A stretch of 64,000 bases of DNA, from contig JAJXVV010000002.1 in assembly GCA_021781955.1 (NCBI GenBank), positions 10,730 through 74,729 on the forward strand, given 5' to 3'. Each line of letters starts with the position of its first letter. The first letter of the stretch is position 1. The notes beneath the pieces are model-generated. The model did not search any database. It was not told the origin of the DNA and saw only the letters and a list, made by a program, of their open reading frames with translations. The translations under genes were made by a program, and so were the position numbers. This document shows positions 51,882 through 60,346 of this stretch, one piece after another. Source of the DNA: a bacterium. Lineage in GTDB: Bacteria > Patescibacteriota > Minisyncoccia > Phycocordibacterales > UBA2100.

Positions 51882-53711
51882 CTACTCGTCTTCAGTCAAA
51901 AGTTCATACCGCTCGCGGGGCGAGCCGCTTTCTGTGCTGGGTGGGATGAGAGCGATTTTTATCCTGTAGGTGCGGCTGTCAGTCGGCTCGTGGAACGGGT
52001 CGGTATCGTTTTTGAAAATCGCCTTGAGGCGGCTTGCGAGCTGGAGTTTGTGCTGCTTTATGGTGTCGGGGATTGGAGTAGGCAGCGGCTTCGTCTCACC
52101 GTTGTTCCGCGCCAAGCCGAGCAAGAACGCCCATGCGCTATTTGGTTTGCTACGTTTTTCGTCGGAGAAACCGAGCGCTTCGTAATCAACCGATACCTGT
52201 TCCTTCTTGTCGGCCGTGATGAGCACGTTTCGCTCGTCAATAAAGCGTATCGTTATCTTTGCCCACTCGGTCGGCTTGAACTTGGGTAGGTGCAAACGCT
52301 TGTTGCCTTTTACGATTGGTGCATCGTCCAAATTGCGTACCTGCAACTCGGGCATTTTCGTTATTTCAAGTTTGACGGTCGGCTCGGTTTTAGCTGCATC
52401 TGCACCTTTGCGTTGCGCCGCGATTTTGGACAGGTGAAGCATCGCGTCTCCGATAACTTCCTGTATCTTGGGATCAGAAATCACCTCGGGCGAACCTGCG
52501 GTCTGGCACACGTCCTCTATTCGCCCGAGCACCGCGTTCATCTCGGGTCGTATTTCATCCCAGTGCATCCGCCGACCGTTTTTCTTGAAATCAAGCTCTG
52601 CCGAATACAAGCTCCCGAACGGTATGCCAAAGTTATTTTTCTTATATTCGTCGAAACTGAACACCTCAAACTCGCTGCCATCGCCGCAAAAATCCTTCAG
52701 TTCATCGGCGACTACCTTTGCCAGTTCACCGTAAGCAGTGTTCAGTTCGCGCGATGGCGCAGTCGGGTCCGCGCAAAACGAGGAAACAATGGCTATCAGG
52801 GTCTTGTACGCTTCACGCACAACCGCCAAATGCTCGGCTGCTTTTGGTTGGCGTAGCATGTTCGTTTCGTACTCAACTTGCTCGCTGTACCTCTCGGCCT
52901 CCTCGATGGGGGCATACATCGTCCCACTTACTTCCAAGATGGCTTCCGAGACCTTGAAATCGGGCGGTGCCGCCGCACGCTCTGATTTCTGACGTTCCTC
53001 GGTCGGCTTTACGGGCGGAGCGATTTTCTTTCTCTCCGCCGTGGGTGCTAACTTATATCCGTCGCCGTCGTCCGCAACGGTAATCTCGTAGCCGTCGTAT
53101 TTGAGATACTTGTTGAAATCATCTATGAGTTGGCCGCTTACGCTCTCATCTGCGTTGAAGTTGAGTGGATGCAAGAATGTCGTGATAGCACCACCGAACT
53201 TTTCGCGCTGCTCGGGATTAGGCGAGGTCGCGAGGGCAAGAAACATATTCTGCAACGTGCGCCACTTCGTGTCGGGGTACGGGATGTCGGCGCGAGGGAT
53301 GCCGTAATCAAGCAGTGCGTCTACAAGCTGCGTTCCCGTAAAAGTATCGGCGAGCTTGCGGGCTATGTGCTCAAGCGTCTTGAGCTTTACGGGCGACGGA
53401 TGCGGAGGGAACACCTCCATGAATACACTGTCTTTTTTCTGTTCCAAAATCTTGATGAGCTTCTGCTTTTCCAACTGCTGGAGAATGTCTATCTGCTCAT
53501 CTACGGTCATAACGACCACGCTTTTCCTCGGGTTCTTGCTTGTACTCTCGACGCTCTCCCCGTTCGCAAACGCGGCAAAGAAATCGTCAAGGTCGCTGCC
53601 AATCTCCTGTTCTACGGGAAGCAGTCGGTAATCGGCAAAGCCCAAGCCATTCAGCCTCTCTTTTTCATACACGCGCTCGCGAACCCACTTTATTTTCTCG
53701 TCGGTAGTCAT
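51882..53711 (-). CDS. large orphan protein (609 aa) of unknown function
   Basis: long ORF with no stops, normal amino-acid composition, no motif I recognise (no P-loop, no nuclease box). Confidence 0.4.
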   Translation of the reverse strand: MTTDEKIKWVRERVYEKERLNGLGFADYRLLPVEQEIGSDLDDFFAAFANGESVESTSKNPRKSVVVMTVDEQIDILQQLEKQKLIKILEQKKDSVFMEVFPPHPSPVKLKTLEHIARKLADTFTGTQLVDALLDYGIPRADIPYPDTKWRTLQNMFLALATSPNPEQREKFGGAITTFLHPLNFNADESVSGQLIDDFNKYLKYDGYEITVADDGDGYKLAPTAERKKIAPPVKPTEERQKSERAAAPPDFKVSEAILEVSGTMYAPIEEAERYSEQVEYETNMLRQPKAAEHLAVVREAYKTLIAIVSSFCADPTAPSRELNTAYGELAKVVADELKDFCGDGSEFEVFSFDEYKKNNFGIPFGSLYSAELDFKKNGRRMHWDEIRPEMNAVLGRIEDVCQTAGSPEVISDPKIQEVIGDAMLHLSKIAAQRKGADAAKTEPTVKLEITKMPELQVRNLDDAPIVKGNKRLHLPKFKPTEWAKITIRFIDERNVLITADKKEQVSVDYEALGFSDEKRSKPNSAWAFLLGLARNNGETKPLPTPIPDTIKQHKLQLASRLKAIFKNDTDPFHEPTDSRTYRIKIALIPPSTESGSPRERYELLTEDE

Positions 53712-53940
53712 AGTAATCGTAATGTCCGTAAACTGTACTCTTTGTCTGCATCCCTTTCAATGAGCATGGCGCTTTGGGCAGCAACGCCATATCTGTATAA
53801 CCAAAACGCTTTCGCAGGAGGGTATGATGCGCCGCCTTCAAAAAGACGCTATGATGAAAACACCCAATAAAACAGTATGAGCGGATAAACCATTACATGC
53901 GCCTAAACCTGTGCTGAAAAGCGAGGCATGGCATAAAAAT

Positions 53941-54091
53941 CCACTGCGACATAGAGACGGGCACCCGCCTGCTCACATGTCGCAGTGGTCATAGGTCGAA
54001 AGGCCTGTGTGCGGTCGGAAACGGCCGCGAGCAGAGCGGATGCCCTTTTCTGTGCGTTTTGCTCTGTTAGTTAGTAGAAACCACTGCGACA
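53941..54091. promoter_or_regulatory. three copies of CCACTGCGACA: an inverted pair (53941-53952 / 53977-53988) and a copy abutting the mod start codon (54081-54091)
   Basis: direct reading of sequence; lies in divergent region between 609-aa gene and mod. Confidence 0.4.
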
Positions 54092-54093
54092 AA

Positions 54094-55890
54094 ATGAAAA
54101 ACCAGAGCATTACGATTGCCCAATCAAAAGGGCGGCCGCTTCTCCAATGGGTCGGTAAAAAACCTCTTGAGAGTGTCGAGTTTTATCCCGCGCAAGAAAA
54201 AGAGATTTACGGCGACAAGAACGCTCGCGATTTCGGTAAACTTTTTTGGGGCGACAATCTGCAAGTGCTTTCGCACTTGCTCAAGGAATATCGCGGTGCG
54301 ATTGACCTCATTTATATTGACCCACCGTTCGACAGCAAGGCAGATTATGTGAAGCGCGTCCAGTTGCGTGGCGAGCGCATGGAGGGAACGCAGCAGAGCT
54401 TGATAGAGGAGAAGCAGTACACGGACATCTGGGAAAAGGATGAGTATTTGCAGTTCATATATGAGCGATTTCTGCTGATGCGCGAACTTCTGTCGGATAG
54501 CGGGAGCATATTCGTTCATGTGGATTGGCACAAAAGCTCCTATATCAGATTGATACTGGATGAGGTATTTGGGGCAGACCGATTTGTGAATGAAATCATC
54601 TGGCACTACGCCGATAACTTTCAGGGGAATGTAAGAGGGTTTGCCACGAACCACAACAACATTTTTTGGTACTCAAAAAATGAGAGCTATACGGCCAACA
54701 AGGTGATGGTGGATTTGGGCAAAACCATCAAGCGGGATAAGCGCGTATGGTCGAGAGAAAAACAAACGCTGGTTGCGGCTCGGGATGAAAACGGGAAAAT
54801 CATCTATCAGGACTTTACTGAAAAGAAAGCCGACGACGTTTGGGAAATAGGTCAAAGCTCGACTACGAAGTCGGCGAGCGCCGAGTATCTGGGCTATCCA
54901 ACGCAGAAGCCAGAAGCGCTCCTTGAGCGCATCATACGGGCGGCATCGAATGAAGGAGACCTCGTGGCGGATTTTTTCGTCGGCTCTGGCACGACCTGCG
55001 CTGTCGCCCAGAAGCTCGGGCGCAAATGGATTGGGTGCGACATCAACCTTGGTGCAATACAGACGAGCACAAAGCGACTCAACCAAATCATCGCGGGTCA
55101 GCTCGAAAACAGAACGCTGGATTTCAGGGGCTCGCTCGGTTTCAAGGTATTCAACGTGAACGATTACGACGTGTTCAAAAACGAGTTGGAGGCCAAAGAA
55201 ATCGTGATGGAAATGTATGGGGTCGAGCCAGTGAAGCGTACCTATTTTGACGGCATCCTCGATAAGAACTTCGTAAAGGTGATGCCACTCAACCGTGTGC
55301 TCAACAAAATGGACATCCGTACCTTGCTCAAAACGGTCTCCGAAAAAATGGACACCTTTACCGTCAAGGCGAAATCGAAGTCAGGCGAACCATTATACGA
55401 AGAAGGCGTGTTGATGATTTGCTCGGGCATGGAGCTGGATGTTTTGGACTTCTTGAAAAAGGAAAACAAGACAGGCGTGAGAATAGAGGTGCGCGATATT
55501 CTCATTGATAAGCAAAATCTCATCTTCAAGAAAAAGCCCGAAGCGAGGATTGACGCGCAGATGAAAGACGGAAAGCTCATCGTCGAGTTGAAGGATTTTT
55601 ATTCACCGATACTGATGCGTAAGTTGGAGATTGAAAATGGGAAAGCGCTCAAAAAGGCGACGCGGGCAAAAGTCGGCGACTTCAAGCAAATCATTGATAG
55701 CGTCGCCATTGACGTGGACTATGACGGCAAGCTGTTCAATGCCGAGAAGATGGACTTGCCAGAAAGGGGTGAAGTTATCGCCGCAAAGTATTCATGGGAT
55801 TACGCAAAGAAGGGCAAGCACTGCATTGCCGTGAAAATCATTGATGTGCTCGGCGAGGAGTATTTTGAGACCTTCGAGGTGAGCGCATAG
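54094..55890 (+). CDS. mod: Type III restriction-modification DNA methyltransferase (Mod), beta-class N6/N4 MTase
   Basis: motif IV IDLIYIDPPFDS N-terminal, motif I VADFFVGSGTTCAVAQKLGRKWIGCD C-terminal, TRD between; followed by res. Confidence 0.8.
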   Translation: MKNQSITIAQSKGRPLLQWVGKKPLESVEFYPAQEKEIYGDKNARDFGKLFWGDNLQVLSHLLKEYRGAIDLIYIDPPFDSKADYVKRVQLRGERMEGTQQSLIEEKQYTDIWEKDEYLQFIYERFLLMRELLSDSGSIFVHVDWHKSSYIRLILDEVFGADRFVNEIIWHYADNFQGNVRGFATNHNNIFWYSKNESYTANKVMVDLGKTIKRDKRVWSREKQTLVAARDENGKIIYQDFTEKKADDVWEIGQSSTTKSASAEYLGYPTQKPEALLERIIRAASNEGDLVADFFVGSGTTCAVAQKLGRKWIGCDINLGAIQTSTKRLNQIIAGQLENRTLDFRGSLGFKVFNVNDYDVFKNELEAKEIVMEMYGVEPVKRTYFDGILDKNFVKVMPLNRVLNKMDIRTLLKTVSEKMDTFTVKAKSKSGEPLYEEGVLMICSGMELDVLDFLKKENKTGVRIEVRDILIDKQNLIFKKKPEARIDAQMKDGKLIVELKDFYSPILMRKLEIENGKALKKATRAKVGDFKQIIDSVAIDVDYDGKLFNAEKMDLPERGEVIAAKYSWDYAKKGKHCIAVKIIDVLGEEYFETFEVSA

Positions 55891-55895
55891 TCGCT

Positions 55896-58433
55896 ATGGA
55901 TACTCTCTTTCTCCAAGCAATCCAAAAGCAGGTCGCACAGTGGCGCGACGGCGACTATAGAGGCATTGAGCATGAAACCCGCAACATTCTCTCGCACATA
56001 AAACGTGTCGCGTTTTTGCATCTGCCACAGATTGAAGCTCTGGAAACATACATTTACCTCAAAGAGGTCGTAGGCAACAAACCATCACTTGAGGTATTTC
56101 GGTCCTCATTCGATAGCGAGCTTGAGCTTATACGCGCACTCGGCGTATCGGATAAACTCGCACTTGAGCTTGTGTACGACAAAGAAAAGGACGCAAAAAT
56201 ACAGGCGGCTTTGGAGGAGAAGTTTGGGCGTCTCGATTACGCCAATCAAGTGTACGCACTTACCATGGGTTCAGGCAAAACCATCTTGATGGCTGTAATG
56301 ATGCTCTACGATTTCGTGCTCTCGTACTATCATCCGACGGACGTGCGGTTTGCAAAAAATGCTCTGGTATTTGCTCCCGATACGACCATCATAGAGAGTT
56401 TGAAGGAGATAAAATCGTTCGATTACGCGAAGGTGCTGCCGAAGGAATATGGCGTCGTGCTGCTGAATACCAAATACCACTACCTCGAAAGCACGAGTAC
56501 GCCGCTCCTGCCAATCGGCAACTATAATGTCATTGTCTCAAACTCCCAGAAAATCATCCTCAAGACACGAACCGAAAACCGAAACGGCACGAGTCGTCTT
56601 TTCGGCGATAAGAACGAGCTTGAGCGTCGCGAGGTTGAGAACAGCCGCTTACAGGCGATACGGCAACTATCGCAACTGATGATTTTCGTGGATGAAGCGC
56701 ATCACTCCTACGGCCAGACGCTCGAAGGAACGCTCAAGAAAACGCGACAGACGATTGATTACCTGCATCAGAATACGCCTCTCGTTGCTGTCGTAAATCT
56801 CACGGGTACGCCGTATGTAAATAACGAGATGATTGCTGATGTCGTCTACCACTTCGGTCTCAAGGCGGGTATCGAGCGCGGGATACTCAAGCAGGTTCGC
56901 ATCTTGGATTACGGCAACGTGCGCTCGCAAAAGTTCTTGGAGGAAGTGGTTGATACTTTCGTTGCGGAGTATGGGGAGTGGCGGCTCGAAGGGCGTTTGC
57001 CGAAAATGGCTTTTTACGCAGCGAACATCGCAGACCTGCGACAGGATTTGAAACCGAAGCTGGAGCGCATACTTGCCGAGAAAGGCATCCCACTCGATAC
57101 GGTTCTTGAGTACCATACAGATGCCGAAGAAAACGCCGATGAGTTTCGCAGCTTGGATACGGGCGAAAGCAAAAAGCAGTTCGTCCTGCTTGTCGGCAAG
57201 GGCACGGAAGGATGGAACTGCCGCTCACTCGTTGCAGTCGCACTATACAAAAAACCAAAAAGCACCATTCTCGTGCTTCAATCAACGACGCGCTGCTTGC
57301 GTTCTATAGGCGACAACTCGACGCGGGCGCACATCTTTCTCTCTACCGAGAACTACAAGATACTTGACCGCGAACTGAAAAATAACTTTGCCACGAGTGC
57401 AAGCGAGCTTTCTTCGCAGGACCAGAAAACGGTCGAGCATACTCTCAAGATAGAGAAGCGGAGAACCGTCAAGGTGAAAAAGACATTGAAAGATGTGCTG
57501 GCCGTTCAGAGCGCGGACATGGGCAGTATTCGTATTGATTTCAAGAAGTTCAAACCCGAACTTTACCGCGCGTATGTGAGCGAGGGCGGGATTTTTATCG
57601 GTGAGGAGGGACGAGCGGGGTATCAGGAGACGAAGGCCGTGCGCGGCATCCAAGAGGAAAACGACCTGACTTTTTACGAGATTGTTGGGGTCATAAATCG
57701 TCAAACGCACCTGCCCTGTATTGCTATCGAAAGCGTAATCGTTGGAAGCGGAAAAGAGCGAAACGTATTCGCGAAAGAGGTGAATAAAAATCCCGCGCTC
57801 GTTGCGTTTGCGATACAGGAAATACTCAAGAGCGCCTATCAGTACGAGGAGAGAACCGAGGTTATCGAGGAGGTGCTGGAGCTTACAAAACTGTACCCGT
57901 TCAAAATCAGCGTTCAGCAAAATAGGAACGCTCTTATTGTGTACCGCGAGACCGAGGAGCAGGAAGGCCATAAAGGGCGGCTCGGCTTCCACATCAATCC
58001 GTACAACTTTGATAGCGCAGACGAGAAAGAGTTGTTTCGCTATCTGCGCGGCGTACTCAACACGCGAGAGAGTATCAAAGAAATCTACTTTACGGGCGGC
58101 GCGACCGATACCACACATAACGATTTTTACTTCGAGTATTGGAGTCCCGAAAAACAACGCGTCGCCCGATACTTTCCCGATTTTCTCGTTGAGACGACGA
58201 AAGGCAGGTATTTGGTGGTTGAAACGAAAAGCCCTGCGGAGCGAGCCGACTACGAAGCCAACAAGCGTTCCTATAACGGCAAACTTGAACAGCTCACCAA
58301 TGAGGTGCTCGCAAAAGAGCTTGGCTTCCGTGCGTTCCAAGAAGCGAATAAGGATTTTGAGTATCGCATCACGTTCAACGCAGTACTCCAGCGGGAGCAG
58401 GTAGAGTTGTTTGAAGAGATTGAGCACCTATAA
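55896..58433 (+). CDS. res: Type III restriction enzyme Res subunit (SF2 helicase + endonuclease)
   Basis: Walker A MGSGKTILMA, DEAH-like MIFVDEAHHSYGQ, 845 aa, 6 nt after mod. Confidence 0.8.
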   Translation: MDTLFLQAIQKQVAQWRDGDYRGIEHETRNILSHIKRVAFLHLPQIEALETYIYLKEVVGNKPSLEVFRSSFDSELELIRALGVSDKLALELVYDKEKDAKIQAALEEKFGRLDYANQVYALTMGSGKTILMAVMMLYDFVLSYYHPTDVRFAKNALVFAPDTTIIESLKEIKSFDYAKVLPKEYGVVLLNTKYHYLESTSTPLLPIGNYNVIVSNSQKIILKTRTENRNGTSRLFGDKNELERREVENSRLQAIRQLSQLMIFVDEAHHSYGQTLEGTLKKTRQTIDYLHQNTPLVAVVNLTGTPYVNNEMIADVVYHFGLKAGIERGILKQVRILDYGNVRSQKFLEEVVDTFVAEYGEWRLEGRLPKMAFYAANIADLRQDLKPKLERILAEKGIPLDTVLEYHTDAEENADEFRSLDTGESKKQFVLLVGKGTEGWNCRSLVAVALYKKPKSTILVLQSTTRCLRSIGDNSTRAHIFLSTENYKILDRELKNNFATSASELSSQDQKTVEHTLKIEKRRTVKVKKTLKDVLAVQSADMGSIRIDFKKFKPELYRAYVSEGGIFIGEEGRAGYQETKAVRGIQEENDLTFYEIVGVINRQTHLPCIAIESVIVGSGKERNVFAKEVNKNPALVAFAIQEILKSAYQYEERTEVIEEVLELTKLYPFKISVQQNRNALIVYRETEEQEGHKGRLGFHINPYNFDSADEKELFRYLRGVLNTRESIKEIYFTGGATDTTHNDFYFEYWSPEKQRVARYFPDFLVETTKGRYLVVETKSPAERADYEANKRSYNGKLEQLTNEVLAKELGFRAFQEANKDFEYRITFNAVLQREQVELFEEIEHL

Positions 58434-58438
58434 CTCGC

Positions 58439-58561
58439 ATGGCCGACGAAAAAATAGATACGCCTTTGGATGAAAAAGATATAGCAGAGCTTGCAGAGAT
58501 TTTTGACCTGCTCGCGCAATGGGATGTCGAGGACAAACGCGATGAGCGAAATAAATCCTGA
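58439..58561 (+). CDS. small acidic ORF (40 aa)
   Basis: MADEKIDTPLDEKDIAELAEIFDLLAQWDVEDKRDERNKS; overlaps next ORF by 20 nt. Confidence 0.2.
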   Translation: MADEKIDTPLDEKDIAELAEIFDLLAQWDVEDKRDERNKS

Positions 58562-58742
58562 TATGCTCTCGATAGAGGATTTGCGAAAGACGCTCCTCGA
58601 CGAGGAAAGGTATAAGTACACCGATGAGGAGTTGAGGAAAATCAACACACTTCTCGATGCGCTCGCGGACGTGATTTTCGATAAATGGCTCGCCGAAAGA
58701 AACAGCAAGAAGGCCAAAAAAGAGGGAACGGTAAATCATTGA
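58542..58742 (+). CDS. small acidic helical ORF (66 aa), paralog-like to preceding ORF
   Basis: MSEINPDMLSIEDLRKTLLDEERYKYTDEELRKINTLLDALADVIFDKWLAERNSKK. Confidence 0.3.
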   Translation: MSEINPDMLSIEDLRKTLLDEERYKYTDEELRKINTLLDALADVIFDKWLAERNSKKAKKEGTVNH

Positions 58743-58924
58743 CACCACGCCCAAATGTAGTATAATGCTATGCGGTTCTTTGATATTCAACTTGCGTTTG
58801 CCACAGCAGAAAGCAGCTCATCTTTGGGCTTCTCCCTGCTATGGCAAACTCTCAAACACGAGAGCGCCCGCTGGCAGAGCAACACGTTCGCAAGAACACG
58901 TTGCACATACACGAGGAACACGTC

Positions 58925-59494
58925 ATGGCTGACACGTTCGTCATGTCTACCCGCCAAGCGGCGGAACTGGACTACGCCTTCGAGCGGAACGGTTGGACGC
59001 CCGCAGAGGTCAAGCAGCTTTCGAGCGGCGGACTTCTCGCGGACTTCCGCAAGGTTCTGCTCGGCCACGCGGTCATCTCGGTGCCCGAGCACTTGATTGA
59101 CCTCGACGCCGACCCGTTCGTTCCGAACGGCTGGAAGGTCGAGGAGCACCAGAAAGGCGGCCAGTTCAAATGGGACGCCACCAAGGTGAAGCTCCATCTC
59201 TCCAAGAAGCAGCAAGGCGGCAAAGTACTGGAAGGCAATAAGCTCCGCGAGGAACTGAAAGGCCAACCCGTCTACAATGCCAATCTGCTCGACTACCTGC
59301 TCAAGAACCCGCACCTCATTCCCGAGGAGTGGAAGAGCAAGTATGTCTTCTTCTGGGGGACGGTCTACCGCGGCTCGGACGGCGACCTCTGCGTTCGCTG
59401 CCTCTGCTGGAGCGGCGGCGGGTGGCGCTGGGGCTACGGCTGGCTCGGCAGCGACTGGTACGGGAACGACCCCGCTGCGGTGCCCGCAAGTTGA
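58925..59494 (+). CDS. DGR target protein (189 aa) with C-terminal variable region
   Basis: GAGGAA SD before ATG 58925; last ~41 codons are the VR. Confidence 0.7.
   Translation: MADTFVMSTRQAAELDYAFERNGWTPAEVKQLSSGGLLADFRKVLLGHAVISVPEHLIDLDADPFVPNGWKVEEHQKGGQFKWDATKVKLHLSKKQQGGKVLEGNKLREELKGQPVYNANLLDYLLKNPHLIPEEWKSKYVFFWGTVYRGSDGDLCVRCLCWSGGGWRWGYGWLGSDWYGNDPAAVPAS
59366..59489 (+). repeat. DGR variable region (VR)
   Basis: 124 bp, 103/124 identical to TR with no indels; all 21 differences at TR adenines. Confidence 0.85.
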
Positions 59495-59547
59495 ACTATG
59501 GACTTGGTGCCTTGGGTTTTGTTTGACCCTTTGCACCTTGCCCTTTG

Positions 59548-59589
59548 CCCCGCGTTGTCTGAAATATGACAGCGCGGGGTTTTGTTTTG
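59548..59589 (+). terminator. GC-rich hairpin + T-run 54 nt after VR (terminator and/or DGR target-recognition hairpin)
   Basis: CCCCGCGTTGTC-tgaaatat-GACAGCGCGGGG then TTTTGTTTTG. Confidence 0.5.
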
Positions 59590-59821
59590 ATACAATCCGA
59601 AGCGGAAGTAGGTGAATACGCGGGCGACCACGGTTTCCCGCTACCGAACCCAGTACCCATACATCGAGAGCATCTCCGATTACGGTTTGAGATGGAGTGG
59701 TGGATGGGGCACTACAAAAAGTGAAATAACTTGGTGTGGGGTGCTATGCGAGTTTCGCTCGCGGATACGATACAGCCCGAGACCTCCAATCGGGCAGTGG
59801 CACGGACGGCATCTCATACGC

Positions 59822-59945
59822 AACCGCAACTCGGACGGCGACCTCTACGTTCGCTACCTCTACTGGAACGGCGACAGGTGGAACTGGAACAACAACTGGC
59901 TCGACAACGACTGGAACGAGAACAACCCCGCTGCGGTGCCCGCAA
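59822..59945 (+). repeat. DGR template region (TR)
   Basis: A-rich (AAC codons in VR frame); see VR. Confidence 0.85.
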
Positions 59946-59966
59946 CTCGCCTCACTTCTCACCCCG

Positions 59967-60314
59967 CTACTTGGCGGGGTTGAGTTTTGTAAGCTGGCCG
60001 TTCCAGCCGCCGAGCATCTTGCCGACCTCTTCCACTCTCACAGAGAGCGCGGCATATTTTCTGTTGTCGAGCGATTTCGTTTCCCAGAGCACCATGAGGA
60101 GCACTTTCAGCGTGTCCGTCTTCCTGATTGCGAGCCGCACATACGGCCGCTTCTCGTCGCGTGCAAGAAAGCTGGCAGATGCTATCGTTTCCATGATTTC
60201 CACAAACAATGTATCAACGCGCTGTCCAAGTGAGTGTCTGTGAGCTTTCGGTAAGGCCTGATAGTAGCCGTACCACATCAAGTACGCGCTTTTTACTTTC
60301 TGTAGCAACGGCAA
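59967..60314 (-). CDS. avd: Avd-family accessory variability determinant (four-helix bundle / 23S-IVS protein family), opposite strand to TR and RT
   Basis: C-terminal EEVGKMLGGW aligns with Bordetella phage bAvd AEVGRILGSW as recalled from memory; annotated start is TTG at 60314, first ATG at 60278. Confidence 0.6.
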   Translation of the reverse strand: MPLLQKVKSAYLMWYGYYQALPKAHRHSLGQRVDTLFVEIMETIASASFLARDEKRPYVRLAIRKTDTLKVLLMVLWETKSLDNRKYAALSVRVEEVGKMLGGWNGQLTKLNPAK

Positions 60315-60321
60315 GAGCCGC

Positions 60322-60333
60322 GGGGGGGGGGGG
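60322..60333. repeat. G12 homopolymeric tract in divergent avd/RT intergenic region
   Basis: cgGGGGGGGGGGGGtgg read directly; 14 nt before RT ATG. Confidence 0.8.
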
Positions 60334-60346
60334 TGGCTTCAATGAT

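Noticed and set aside
59612-59983. 123-aa + strand ORF (MNTRATTVSRY...WNGDRWNWNNNWLDNDWNENNPAAVPAT)
   Set aside because: It is simply the DGR template region read in the VR frame plus flanking spacer; no start context, overlaps avd antisense. Not a gene.
60209-60346. N-terminal 46 codons of the RT ORF as given (MYQRAVQVSVCELSVRPDSS...GGGGGF)
   Set aside because: This stretch is antisense to avd and includes the poly-G tract (translating to GGGGG); RT most likely starts at ATG 60347 (MAVQKFTHTY).
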